A DNA stretch of 63,305 nt, filler included, from Choristocarpus tenellus KU-1152 (lineage: Eukaryota > Protista > Phaeophyceae), in assembly GCA_964200185.2 (NCBI GenBank). It is 7 parts of 7 records of this genome, joined end to end, with 100 filler letters (N's around TTAATTAATTAA, not from the genome) between each part and the next. Parts side by side here need not be neighbours in the genome. Positions count along the whole stretch, not along the records: positions 10,405 to 15,348 come from CAXNAD020012433.1; positions 15,449 to 24,201 come from CAXNAD020004367.1; positions 24,302 to 34,800 come from CAXNAD020002893.1; 4 more parts are not named here. One strand, given 5' to 3'. Shown in pieces: positions 13,595 through 26,795 of this stretch. Position numbers and translations under genes: made by a program. Each line of letters starts with the position of its first letter. Within the stretch, counting starts at the first letter, position 1. Under the pieces are notes generated by a model, which was given only the letters and a program-made list of their open reading frames with translations, ran no database searches and was not told the origin of the DNA.

Positions 13595-13734
13595 GAGCCA
13601 AAGTATCTTAGAGGGCAGAGCCGCGTCCATTTGGGGGCCAAAATCCAACGTTGCGATTTTGATGTAATTTTGGCCATCGTGTTTGTTAGAAAGTGTCAAT
13701 ATCTATGTTTTGGACACACCTTTTCATAACGTAT
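13595..13734 (+). mobile_element. Truncated MITE family A at the copia integrase position
   Basis: Left TIR GAGCCAAAGTATCTTAGAGGG plus the family body; right half missing. Confidence 0.75.
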
Positions 13735-15509
13735 AGATAAAGATAACCACGATATATATAAAGACTCCGATAGTTATTTCGATAGTTCTACCGATACGAT
13801 ACCGGGAGCAACAGTTGTAAGGAAGAATTCGACAAGTTCACCTACTGACCAATGGGGATCAACCAGGATAGAAAAACAGCCCGGCGTGGACTACAGGGGG
13901 GTACACTCTGAACGTCCCGAGGAACTAGGCGAGGATATGGCCACTATGCTCACAGCAAGCACGGATGACGTGTACTGCTTGATGGGCATGGCAGGTCACA
14001 TTTCCATAGGTCACTGGGAACCATCCACTATCGCTTATTGAAGCTCTTGCAGGGCCTGACACAGAGCACTAGCAGCACGAAATGGCGCAGGAAATGGAGG
14101 GCCAACGAAGTAAAGGAACCTTCCATGACTGATAGAGTCTGCCACTGGGGAGGAGACCTGTCAAGACAAGATTTATCTTCAACATAAAAAGGATTCAAGG
14201 CGAGGCTGGTGGCATGGGACTTCTCCTATCAGGAAGGAGTAGATTACTTCTTCACGTTCAGTCCAGTGGTGGGATTTGATACCATTCGGGCAGTCCTTGC
14301 TACAGCGACCGACAGAAACTGTGCCGTCAACTCCCTAGACTTCACTCAAGCATATCTAAACGGGCCACTGCCCGACGATGTATTGTAACTGCCCAATGGG
14401 TCCATCTTCAATGCATTCGGGACCATCTATGGCCTCAAGCAATCAGCAATGGAGTGGTACAGGGAGCTCAAGGGGTTGATAATAGATGAGGGGTGGAGTA
14501 CCAGCGATTTCAATGCCTGCCTATACATGAAGAGGACCGAAGATGGACGGATCGCTATCTTCTTCCACTATGTATGTATGTGGATGACACCTCATTGACC
14601 GGAGACTTCGATGAAGAAATAGAGCGGGTGAGGATCAGCCTGCTGGCCAAGTATGAGGGACAGAATCTCCGAAACCTAGACAAGCTAGTCGGGGTTGCAA
14701 TTAACCAAGACGAGGCTGGCATCACACTGGACCAGCGCTTTTATGTGAAGAGCATTGTTCTTGAGGGGATGGGATTGACAGAGGTTCGGAATACCTCATC
14801 ACCCTTGAACCCAGGAATGGACCTGACCCCGAGGATAACTGACGAGGAGGAACTGGACCGAAGGTACAGACCTTACTGCACCTTTTTGGGGAAACTTGTG
14901 TTCTTGGCTGGCATGACACGACCAGACCCATCCAACAGCATGCGGGAGCTGGGCAGGTAAGCAGAGATAGGAAAGGGCTGCAGCATGTACTACGATACAT
15001 TGCAGGCAGAATCAACGTGGGGATACACTATATTGCTGGTGGCCACTTGGACAAAGGGGGTTTGGTTGGGTACAGTGACTCAGACTGAGGCACTGACCCT
15101 GTGTCAAGGGGGAGGGTGACAGGGTATCTGATGCTTATGAATGGAGCACCCATTAGATCAAAATTACAAGAAGCCGTTACACAATCAATCACAGAGGAAG
15201 AATGCACAGCCATGGCACATGGGATGAGACATGGCATTTACCTGAAGGGGATTTTGGGGGAGCTTGTTCTGGATTAAGGGATCAATCACATCGTTTGGCA
15301 GACAATCAGGCTCAAAGTATCTGGGAGGGGGTGGCGGCTGTCCATTTGNNNNNNNNNNNNNNNNNNNNNNNNNNNNNNNNNNNNNNNNNNNNTTAATTAA
15401 TTAANNNNNNNNNNNNNNNNNNNNNNNNNNNNNNNNNNNNNNNNNNNNCATGAAAAAATTGACCCCAAATGGACAGCCGCCACCCCCTCCCAGATACTTT
15501 GAGCCTATA

Positions 15510-16040
15510 ATAACTGGTCTTTCATGCTGGGGCACTTGCGGATGCTGGATCAGCTCCCTGCCCGGACAAAGGCCTACTTCTAGATATTACTTGTTTGCCG
15601 ACATGCAAGCGGCATCCCACCTACCACACTCATCCATTAGCAATGGTGTAGCTGCTGCTGCACACACTACGAGGGTTCTTTTGACCCTTGAAGGTATAAC
15701 CTTGAAACGTTCGCGGTGGAAAGTTTTGGTCACCTCGGTAATCAAGCAGGACGTTTTCTGGATGAGTTAGCTACGCACGGGGTAGGGGGGAGAGGGATAG
15801 GGAGCTACAGCAGGAAAGGGGCTGTCAAATCCCGTCTACGACAGGTAGAGTCTGTCACAACACAAGTAGCTCTATCTAGAAGTGCCATGCGTTTTAAGCG
15901 GAGACACCAGAGAGATGGACAAGGAGGGACTTGTGAGATTCTTGGGATGCTTCACTAGCTCCTCGCCCTAGGGCGGAGGACGAAGTTAGGTTAGAGGCAT
16001 AGGAGGGCAGTGGTATAGCATAGCTGGAAAAATAAATAAA
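15510..16040 (+). mobile_element. 3' end of a CRE-type (restriction-like endonuclease) non-LTR retrotransposon, decayed
   Basis: Frameshifted translation DKGLLLDITC...GVAAAA...HYEGSFDP...FAVESFGHLGNQAGRFLDELA...RLRQVESVTTQVALSR fits the RLE C-terminus, followed by an A-rich tail (AAAAATAAATAAA) at ~16030. Confidence 0.6.
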
Positions 16041-16649
16041 TTGATGATAGAAAATGACTTTCACATTAACTACCTTTTCAGGGGTTGTTTTCTGACATTT
16101 GAATGATTTTTCATTGTTTTTTCACAGGTCTGCAAAATGTCAGAGGGCAAAACAATAAAATAGTAACATAAAACTACTTGAAATGTAAACTATTGATACG
16201 AAATACTGAATAAAGAAAAAATGAAAGAATAAGATGTTATCAGAAAAAATAGAAACACTCGATGTAGCTAAGAAGGGCAACTAAGAGGAAAACTCCGACA
16301 TAACACAGTTTCACCCATGGCCTGGCACAGGATGTCATCAACGTTGTTACATAGTGCTGCGTCCTAAAGGGAAAATAGGGAAAGGAATAAATTCCAGTGT
16401 CACACTTAGTCTATTCAATCCCAAACATCACTCTCATCACATATCACGCAAAAGAAGGGACTACATACAAGAAATAGTTACACCAGAAAGAATGAGACAA
16501 TGAGAAAAACACTGTTCAATAGGCAGTGGTAAGTGCGTATGTGCCCTGATATGCTTGGGCTGACCTTCTTTGCTGCTGCCTAAGTACAATATATACGTAA
16601 TGTATGTACAGGTTCTCTGGCTTGCCATTCATCAAGAAAGTTTTGTTCC

Positions 16650-16945
16650 ATTAGTACACACCTATGTCGGTTTGTTCCCCTCCCTTGCGCTCCATCCGTC
16701 AACTGTGATATCAAGAATTCTCAATTTCAACTGGCTGGCACATCCACCAATTCTTCTCCCTGTCCACCTCGCTTCCGCTTTTCCATCTGCATATTCCCTA
16801 AACATCAAGGACTTCAAGAGTTCTCATCCCCTATGCATGCGACTCATTCTACCCCATCTTCATGGTGGCCCGCATCACTTGTTTTTATCCACCCACCCCC
16901 CAAGAATACCATGTAGTACACGTTTCAAAATAGCACTCATCTGAG
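16650..16945 (-). mobile_element. Possible RTE-like LINE 3' remnant
   Basis: The reverse strand gives WGRMSRM...KSLMFREYADGK...ILDITVDGW, weakly resembling the RTE C-terminal tail. Heavily decayed. Confidence 0.3.
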
Positions 16946-18324
16946 AGTTGATACCTTCTTAACAATCCTCTTTCTGACCGCCAGCCTGTGTCGTTGGGTC
17001 GTGAGACCACTATTAATAATACTACTGAGGTACTTTTAATATGTGGTACTACCGGGGCTGAAACATAGGGACTTTCCCTCCATTGGACCCTACGACTTCC
17101 GGGAAAACGTTGGTGGTGGGGGTTCCAGGATCCACGCTCTGATCCACACGACAGTACATAACTCAGAAGGATCTAGATAGGACTGTGTGTGGTGTTTCCA
17201 CGTGATTCTATTCTATATGGCAAGCACAACAGATTGTACACCTACAACTCTGCTGTCTGTTATTCTACACCACAAAAAGTGGACTAAGATCAAAGAGAAT
17301 CGAGGGATGAAACGGAGCGACGAGGGGCGGGACCGCTGAACTCAACGTGCGAGAAGCAAGGCGGGAACGGAGCCAGTACAATTAGTCATAGTACAACAGT
17401 AGTTTGTCTGTAGTTTGTATCAGAAGCGGTGTAGTGTTTTATTGCGTCTGAGGACGGGTCAGGATCATCCCCCAGTAGTGTACGATAAACAATAATGATA
17501 GTGAGCAGGGAGGGAGGGTACAAAGTGTGTTCAATGTGTAGGGAGATGCACTTGTCAATCCCAGATATTGATTGTTAAAAGTCGTTAACCGCAGAATAGT
17601 ATTTATGGACGTGGCACTTGAAATATTGAGAAGTAACAATTAATAATTTGAATCGACCTAAAATATGTGAACACAACTGAATACAACTGAAAGACAAAAC
17701 AGGTTGTAACTCATACAATAAGACTAGGAACTACTGTTGGCAGCAACAACATTTGAACAGAAACTTCTGGTTGTGGCATTTTGAGAAGTATATATTTTAA
17801 ATGATAAGTACTATAATAGAGTGTGAACTATTCTTCATCACATTCGAACTATATTTTTCATATTTCTTGGTTGATGTTCTTCTGATGACTCATGTATTTA
17901 AAAAAAATTGAAATTCACAGTATTATTGTCCGATTAACTATTTTATATTATCGTTTAAGAAATTCTTAAATAAAAGTTCAAAAAATGTTAAGCTGGACCA
18001 ACAAATAATGGCTTCAATAAGTTTGTCCCAGAGCAAGAAATAAAAATACTATCTTCAATGTTCCTTGTCATCTCACCGTCATGTAGAGTACTTCGGATCC
18101 CCACGTTATATTGTTGTTATCTTGCCCTGTTTATTGTTTCAGGTCTTCGTTCAGATGCTTCAGCATGTGAATGTCCCCGGTTTTGGTCGTCTATTAAACA
18201 TCCACTGTATCACACTCCCTGTATCCTCACAACAGCCCCAGTTTAAGCATAGACAGGCGATGCAGTGAGTGAGCCCCATCGAGGTCGATCCCTCAACGTT
18301 TCGGGACTTTCTCCCCTGAACACC

Positions 18325-20461
18325 ATGACTAATGATCTCAATCTGTCGAAAAACACTGCTTGCGGTCCTCATTGTGGGTACGGCATGCCCCCTTGGATGC
18401 CCACGGGCCTCCTTGCTGTCCATGAGGGACACATAGTTGTTGCTAGGGCTCTGCAGAATGCCAAATTTGACGTCGAAACTAGAGATGCCAGGGGAATGAC
18501 TGGTCTTCACGTTGCAGCCCAGGCTGGGCAGGTGATGGTTCCCTCCAAGTGCCGATAGTGGGACTATCGATGTGGTGATGTAGTCAATGACCTGAGCCAG
18601 CGGTATCTATGCCTTCCCTGATGGCTCACGCCTTGTGAATTATTGTGAATGTCTGTCGTCAGTGAGTGCCTTGACAAGGAAAAGTTGTTGTCTCGATTCC
18701 TTGCCCACATCATTCAACCCCCCAACTATACTACTGTCTAGGCTGACATGGCACGCATCCTATTACTTGCTGGAGCCAATTGCAACAGTCGAGACAGTAG
18801 GGGGCGTACCCCTGCTCACTACTCGGCGATGGCGGGGCATGCAGAAATAACGGCGATACTGCTATCTGCGCGAGCAGATCCGAACGCTTGTACGGATGCT
18901 GGGTTTTATGTGCTACATCGAGCGGTGAGTGGGCAGTGGTTGTCTGCTTTCGCTTTACGTCCTTTTCTATGACATATCTCCCCTTGTCCTTGTTTGCTAT
19001 ATCTCGTGCCAAGTACAAAAACCATGGATAAGGTTATCTTGAGCCCTCGCGACCCCTACTTCAACCTTCTCTACTCCAACTTTGCCAGGCTCTCTTCGGG
19101 CACCTTGAGGTGGTGAAAATACTCCTAGCAGCGGGGGCAGATCCCAACGCCCGTGATGTAAAACAAGCCACCCCTCTTTACGCAGCTGCGCAGAATGGGC
19201 ACGCCAGCGTAGTCCTGGAATTGGTGATAGAGGATGCGGATGTCGAAGCAAAGACCAAGCAGGTATGTTGACTGTTCCCTGCTTCATTACAGCAATGTTA
19301 TTTCCTGTCCCTGTCACTGGCCTGCATCAAGTGCATGCTAAACCGGGTCTTCAGCAACCTTCGGTTCATGAACTCTTTTATCAATGATGTGGTACATCGG
19401 TGTGATTTGGACAAGAACACTGACAGCCCTCAAGTGGTGCTAGATGCACAGGCTTCTTCCTTATGATCTCAAGTCACCCGTACGGGTTTGTGTGGATGTG
19501 AAATAAGTGGCCCATGCCGTTCTTAGTGCCCAAGAAAAATAACTTTTGAACTTCACCTCTCATCTGTATCCATATGTACCTACGTGGTACACAAAAAACT
19601 TTCGTTGGAAGAGGCTAGTCTGCACACCAATATTCCAAGAGTCTGATTACTTCCATTCCCACATTTATGTACTCAAACGCATGGGTGAATGGACTGCAGG
19701 GATTTACACCACTTCATGTAGCTGCCCGCCGTGGCCACTTGGCTGTCATGAGCATACTTCTGGATGCGGGAGCCTCTGTAACTACCCCTACTTCTTCCAA
19801 CGCAACCAGCCCTCTACATGTTGCAGCAGGGTTCTCGAGGTCAGCATGTGTTGAGGAGTTGCTGAGACGAGGGGCAGACCCCACCGTACCGGATTGCCGT
19901 GGTGCATCAGCTGTGGATATGGTTGGATCTCTCATTGCTCACCGTATTATGCATGATGACAATGAACCAGGTACCTCAATGGAGGAAGATGAAAGTAGGA
20001 CAAGGGAGGCTCTTCGGAGGGAAAGTACCTGGAGAAGAAGAAGGTGGGTTCTGATGCTGCGCTCGATAATGGATGCACAGAGGAAGGAGATGAGAAGCAC
20101 TGCATTTGTGTGGGATATTTCTCAGGCAGGTAAATTTACAGGGATGGGGGCAAGAGTACCATTGGTCAGTCTATGGAAGCGAAGGAGGTTGGAAGGATGT
20201 TGCGGAATAGTTGGAGAGGAGGAAGGGGTTGGGAAGTCATCAAGTGTGGCATTGGATGCTGACTCACCAACAAGCTCGCAGGGGTTCATGGGTATGGCAG
20301 TGGAGGCTGCTACGGAGGGAAATGAGGCAAGGGTAGTAAAAGAAGAGTTGCAGGAGATATGTGCAGAGGCCAAGGATGTTGGAGGGATCTTTGAGGCTAC
20401 AGAATGGCTCTGTAACCTTCCAGAAGATGCATTATTTAGAGAGGTGGTCAGCTATCTCTGA
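18325..20461 (+). CDS. Ankyrin-repeat protein; exons ~18325-18531, 18742-18924, 19089-19262, 19700-20461
   Basis: Four phase-0 exons give about seven ankyrin repeats (GMTGLHVAAQAG, GRTPAHYSAMAG, QATPLYAAAQNG, GFTPLHVAARRG, TSPLHVAAGF). The tail reads WRRRRWVLMLR...LPEDALFREVVSYL*. The start codon is uncertain (18325 or 18386). Confidence 0.88.
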
Positions 20462-20899
20462 AATGATAGCTGTGGACCCGGAGAGGAATCAAGATAAGAG
20501 CTTCCCTCCACTCTATCACGATCAATCATAAAATCAATGGCTGCAGCAGTGATGCGAAAGTTGATTTGGTGTGTTCTGTTGTTGACCACATATGTTTAAC
20601 AAGCAAACAGGTATGGAGACCAGGGAAGTGCAGAAATTTGCAATGTGCGATCATTCCACCTCATTCACAAGTTGTAATTTTGCATAATACCTTTTTTTTA
20701 TGTGTGCATGGTGTGTTTATTTCCAGGAGGTTCAAACTGCAGCATTCCTCCATCAAGTGAGATTAATTGGAGGTACTGTGTAGTGCCAATATAGGCGGCC
20801 TGACCTCACAACGAGTGGCACCACATAAAAGAGGGGTGTTGTTGAGTTTGAAGGGTACCTATGACTGCCTTGTGGTGTATGCATTTTGGACATTGTGGA

Positions 20900-21340
20900 T
20901 GACATTTTCAGCTAACAATGATTCCATCGAGTTCTTCATTCGTGTACACATTCCGAACGGGGGCTGGGTGCATTTCAGGCTTGGGCATGGTGTATATTAT
21001 TCGAGATCCTCGAAGGTCCCCAAACTCAAAAGGCCAAAATCGTCCCTCTCTTTGATGGTGTCATTCAAGACTTACGTAGCACGATGCCTGCTTGTGGTGT
21101 AAACTGCCTACGGTGTATTGGGCACTACTGAAACGGAGTACACAAGTTTTTTCTGGAGTGTATATTTACAGTATGTATCTTGCTCCCCAAGCAAACGCAT
21201 GGTGGCATGCACTCTTTGCACCCTTCTTCTGAGGTGTACCTTGCTGTAGACAATATCTTTGCATTTTGCATGTAGGCATGTTTTGAGAGAATGTTCATCT
21301 GCTCTCCGAGGAAGATGCTGCCAACACCTTTGGTTAATCA
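20900..21340 (-). pseudogene. Possible MULE (Mutator-like) transposase remnant
   Basis: RCWQHL (CxxH) followed later by YTTS...VLNDTIKER resembles the MULE CxxH and TSN..E..N..IK motifs. In-frame stops are present. Confidence 0.3.
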
Positions 21341-23492
21341 CACTTTTAGTCCCAATTGTAGTTCAGGGATTGGTTTAGTGAAAGTTCAAATAAGGACTGG
21401 ATGATCTTGCGATTTCAATAGCTGTTGAAAAACTTCTGTTTGGTACAGATAGTATTAACATGGGATCATTGTGTCATGATCTACCACAATATTGATGGTT
21501 ACTTTCTCAGTACCATGGTATTCCACCCACATAGATCATTTGCTTTCATTTGGTAAGATATTTACAGGATTGGTCATGGTTGGTGGACTAAATTAACTCT
21601 CATTTGCAATGAGTATGTTCAATGTGTCAATTCGAGTATCTTTCACAAACTGAACTTTTTTTTTGTGACACGCTTCATCTTCTGATCAGTTATATTTGTG
21701 ATGGTAATTTGTGTATGTGTGTCTCGTCGATATTTTTTTAAGTACTTTGTCATTATGTTATATTTATTTATTTATGTATATTCTCGGATACCGGCCTGGA
21801 AACATTGAGTAAGAATAGATCGTGTGTGTGATGTCGGCTCAACACATTGACGTATAGTAATTATGTCACGATTAAATTCTATGATAATACTGCTTACTTT
21901 TATTGAGTCTTTTGTTTCTTGTCGCTACAGGTATAATCGTCACCACTGTGAAATATTTCAGCCCCATCTATCGCGTAAACGCACCTCATTGGCTTACTGT
22001 AGTGGTGCCAATGCTCAATGGTACAAGCTGATGGTCAGGCTCAGAGACCCAAGGTGGTATTAGTCAATATCTTTATTTTTCCTAGTATTTGATGTGCATG
22101 GGATGTAACAAAAGCGACTTATGATTCAGGGCATGGAGCTGGAGAAGGTCTCATGAGCATGTTCGGAATATTTTGACGGCATTCAGATGACACTTTGTTA
22201 TCTGAGTTCCCTTTCTGTAGGCTTCACCCCTACTTCGAATTGACGATTGTAACCTTGTATTAGCTCATGGGTAAGTGTTCACATACATACAGATTCGCTT
22301 ACTCACGCAAAATCACACAAAATGTTACGATCGACGTGGGCAACACTATTTTTTTTTAAGAACAATCAATTCAAAATACACTGTTACAAATATCACACAA
22401 TATATACGATGATTGCCCTGTAACGTAACTGTATTGTTAATTTCCCGTATATTTTATGTTTGTCTGTGTCATGCATTAAGTTTGTGTGTTTTATACATAC
22501 GGTAGAATCGATGCAACAACAATCCTTATCAATCTGCTTGTTCTTCTTCCTTCCTTTGTGGTGGTGGCTGTATATTGTAGGTTGACTCCTTGCCTTTAGT
22601 TCACTCCACCTAGTACACACCGTTATCAACAACAATTGAACCTTCTGACAGGCAACCAAAGTTCGATATGTTCGGCAGCATGGGCAGTAGCAACCCACTG
22701 CAGAGGAGAGCATCATCGCGAGTAGTTGAATGCCTTTCTTTTCAAACTCTTGTTAACACCATTCTTTACGTTGTTGTTACCACCACTCGTCATTGTCACA
22801 TCCACTATTACTGCTAATATAACCATTACTTTATAGCACAGATCATGTGGACAAAAAGGGGGTCATGATAATGCACCACACACTTTCACAGTCATCACAG
22901 TACCAATTCTGGCAGAAGAGTACACTCTCCTTCTCTATTTAATCGGAAAAGCTACGAAGGGACACACACGCATGACACTATGCCAGCTTGAGCCTTGCTT
23001 TAGCTAGGTTCCTCGGCAGCTCTTTCCACGATCAATGATTCTTTATATAACATGACTATTCATGGCTACAACCAACATATATACACATGTTAGACACCCA
23101 GTTCAGTAACAAGTGCCTGTGGGAACCACCCCTGGCAGAAGAAGAGTTCAATAATCGATTTCTGGCACATCCATCCATAAGGCCAGTCAAAATTTGCGAG
23201 GGAAGGGTTGAAATTGCTTCTTTGGGGTCAATTGTGTGGTGTTGGCACCACATTGGCGAGCAAAAGAGTTTACGGACTCATGGTAACACGATTTTTCAAA
23301 GCGTAAAGTTTGGTGCATTAGGGTGCCATACCAAGATTGTATGCTCCAGCAAGTCACCGCTCTTCACCAGTGTTGGAATTATGTTCACAGCCACTACACA
23401 TTGCACTACTGCTCATAATAATTTGTACTGTAACAAAACTGTTGAATATCAACTAGTTATATTGCCTTTATTTTATGTCTTCATTCTCACTT

Positions 23493-23737
23493 GAGTGAAT
23501 GTATCTTAGAGGGTACGAGTTTTGCCATGTTTGGCCGTTTGGGGCTTGGCTTTCCACGGGTTCTTTTATTACATTTTCCTACTCCAGAATGTTTATGTTG
23601 TTATGATACAAGGTGTGTCCAGAACAAGGATATTGACACTTCCTGACAAACACGATAACCAAAAATACATCAAAATTGCAACTTTGGATTTTGGCCCCCA
23701 AACAGACACGGCGCTACCCTCTAAGAGACTTTGACTC
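23493..23737 (-). mobile_element. MITE family A, inverted copy
   Basis: GAGTGAATGTATCTTAGAGGGTAC...TACCCTCTAAGAGACTTTGACTC; flanks ctt/ctt. Confidence 0.8.
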
Positions 23738-24301
23738 CTTCTTGGGTTCAGCGATTCCCACCGCATGTCACTCCGTTCCTCCCTTGAATTTTGGGGTGGA
23801 CCCTTTCAGGAATGAGGTCTTGCCACCTCCTTTCTGGTCCGGCTTTTTTGTGGTGTAGTGACATTTAGGTTAGTACTACGAGAAAGGTACAGGTGCACAA
23901 TTCCTAGTGCTTGCCGTGTGGACTGGGGGTAATGGAAACGCACTTCCTTGAATAAACGTGTGGTATTGATAGGGTTCGAACCCTCGAAATTCGCACAGGA
24001 AACAGGCTCCTCAACTAACAACTCACTCAAAGAAATAATATTAATATAAATATTATGTAGTGTACAACACTTCCACTTGTACTCTCCAAGTCTATCCCAC
24101 TATATCAAACGTTACATTAACCGTCAGATATATTGTGGCGGTCATTTCGACCGCCGTTGGGTCAAAGTATCTGGGGGGGGGTGTCAGCGTCTGTTTTTCA
24201 CNNNNNNNNNNNNNNNNNNNNNNNNNNNNNNNNNNNNNNNNNNNNTTAATTAATTAANNNNNNNNNNNNNNNNNNNNNNNNNNNNNNNNNNNNNNNNNNN
24301 N

Positions 24302-24600
24302 GTGTACGTTTGCAAGCGTCGATGACATGATTAGGTATTCTGAACGTTGCCTTGAAAAACTGTGTACAAATGGGAATGCTAGCCGCGAGCATAGATCCGC
24401 CTCCAGGCCCCAACTTAATGACAGGTACACGGTCACCAACGAAGCGCTTGCGATCACGGCGGTTCTCACATACCCGGATGATGTCCTGCTCCTTGGCCAA
24501 CGTGCGGGGCAAGGAAGGACTCACCATCTGCCGCGAACTTCTTCACACAGTCTAAGCGCTTGCAGCAGTCACCCTGTTCGTTGACCGGGATGGGTTGAGC
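24302..24600 (-). pseudogene. Sola-like DNA transposase N-terminal relic (cut by gap)
   Basis: GDCCKRLDCVKKF, then a frameshift, then R...SIPICTQFFKATFRIPNHVI. This fits the CC-x-C...VC..FF..T..I pattern I recall from Sola transposases. Confidence 0.4.
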
Positions 24601-26538
24601 CCATTCTCGGCGAAGCTTGACGCCGGTCGCTGAAGCGTGATTGGTAGAAAGCTCCAGCGCATCATTGTTGGCGGGCTGATGAGGGGGCAGCGCAGGTGAC
24701 ACATGCCACCCCCTTGCTGTGGGAGCAACTGTCATGGTATTTTCAGGCAACAGGCGGTCTTGGGCACGATTGAATTGCATTCGAAGCCGGGCGTACGATG
24801 TTTGAGTTTCAAGTGATCCGTCGGGCCAGCCTGAAATCCATGTTCTGGAAAATACGTGTATTCTGGTGATTATGAAATAAAAATAAGATTCTATTCTTAA
24901 TTTCAATAAATAATAATATAAACCACATTATTGATCTAATATGTTCGAAATGTTCCAAAACGAAAAGGTCACAAAAAACTGATACTCTCTATTTGCTTCA
25001 AATATGAAATCGTATACTGTTCGATATTCATCTTTTTTGGAACACAATCATCAACGGAAAGAGAAATCTGAGTTCGTTGGGTACTGACGGACCAGATGAA
25101 ATAATGCAGCACCTCCCAGCCCTCACTCATCATTTCCATTCCTTCCCTTCCGCACATACCACCAGCAGCTCTTTCTTATCTATCTCCGTCACACCTTCCC
25201 AATCTTCGCCATGTCCAACATTCGCTCAACAACGGCCCCCCCGCGCACCAATGGCGCTGCCCACGGATCGAGAGCGTCGGACAGCAATGCCGAGGGCATG
25301 GCAAACAGAGGATACGGGAGCATTGTTGTTCATGATGCCTCGTTCGTCCAGTAGTCCAAGCAGGTTGTTCATGTGTCTGTTGCACTCCCGGTAACATGCT
25401 TATCATCGTTGGTGCCCGTGCTTGCTTCAGGTGACATGCAGAGTGTCTCGCGGTGGCGGGGGGAGGAGGGGTACAACGAACGTGCAGCAAATTGAAAAAG
25501 CTGATGGTTTTTTCTTTTTTAAATGTTCTGGAAGTTTTTTTCTACTACAAGCTACCGTTAGATACGGCAGCCTTCTTCTGCTTCTCCCTATTGTTGTCAT
25601 GCAATATTACAACTTCAACAACTTGCCCGAGAAAATAGATAAATGCCGATCGGCGTATCTGACAGGGTGGAGGGGGTGCAGATCGCAACAAACGATATCT
25701 TGGGCATGACTGAGGTATTTGTACAAAGAGGTCGGTCATCATATAATGTCAATACTTGTATGCGCTCAGTGGTAGCTTCTTCTACTTGGCAACAATAGCA
25801 ATAAAAAATAAACAAATTAATACTGTGGGAAAATAACAATTCTTCTCAGTCATTCAGCCATCCATAGTGACTATGAGACACCGCCCCCCAAAAAACTACT
25901 TCAAAGTACTATTAAATTCTACCACCGCCACCATTGACGGTCAAATGACTCCACCAACCGCACTAATTATTCAAGCAAGCAAGCCAACACAGGGCATACA
26001 TGTACACGACGATCAAACGAAATTGTTGCCACCCCCCACACACTGTCCTACTACCACTTTTGTCGGGATGGATTCCCATTCGTAGCAGGGCCTTCCAAAA
26101 GTGCCGCAACATTAAAAAAAAAACATATGTGCACTTTCCGCACACCAATCCGCGTCTCGCTCGTCCTCAATAAAAAGCTCCATCCTCAATTTTGATGATC
26201 GGCTGTTAAATGCAGGTGTCTGCTCAAGCACAGGGATAGCAAAGAAGATCGCAACCTGCCAATAGTCCCCCACAGCCTCTCGAGTCTGTGGTCAAGCCAG
26301 CCCTGCTTGGACACTTAGATGCCAATCCAGACCCTAGCACTCCATCCAGTACCTAGGGGCATCCCCATGAATTCTAAAGCAATATGCAAATTCTAATGTT
26401 TAGGAACTCTTCTCGTTAGTTTAAATCCATTTTTCTAATCTTTATCTTTTGTGATAAGACACTGAACAGAGTCGATCAAAGTTCATTTCTGACCCTCCAA
26501 AAAGATTTACACTTCAAGCACCATTCCTCTCCATACAC

Positions 26539-26795
26539 GAGTCAAAGTATCTAGAGGGTAGAGCCGCATCCATTTGGGGATCAAAATCCAATGTTCCGAT
26601 TTTGATGTAATTTTTACTATTGTGTTTGTTAGGAAGTGTCAATATCCTTGTTCCAGACACAACTTTTCGTAACGTACACATTTACCCACTCCGAAACATA
26701 TCGGAGTAGGAAAATATCATAAAAACACCCGTGGGAAGCCAAGCCCCAAATGGACAAACAGGGCAAAAATCGTACCCTCTAAGATACTTTTACTC
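26539..26795 (+). mobile_element. MITE family A, full copy
   Basis: GAGTCAAAGTATCTAGAGGGTA...TACCCTCTAAGATACTTTTACTC with a 4-bp TSD acac/acac and internal hairpin ACTCCGA...TCGGAGT. Confidence 0.88.

Larger units (their letters stand above)
11260..15309 (+). mobile_element. Degenerate Ty1/copia LTR retrotransposon (putative 5' LTR, gag, protease, pre-integrase, RT, RNaseH; 3' end lost at gap)
   Basis: PBS-like GGTTATGTGCTTCAG at ~11825. Gag LWFLLAQATKGSALAIV...GRVAWLEL; protease CDSRANIHLT; pre-integrase DWYNILGQ...CKTC; RT EGVDYF-TFSPVV, DFTQAYLN, IYGLKQS, YVDD (14577); RNaseH GYSDSD. Many stops and frameshifts. The LTR start coordinate is approximate. Confidence 0.9.

Noticed and set aside
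23056-23494. 135-aa ORF, possible transposase remnant
   Set aside because: No recognisable motif in any frame.
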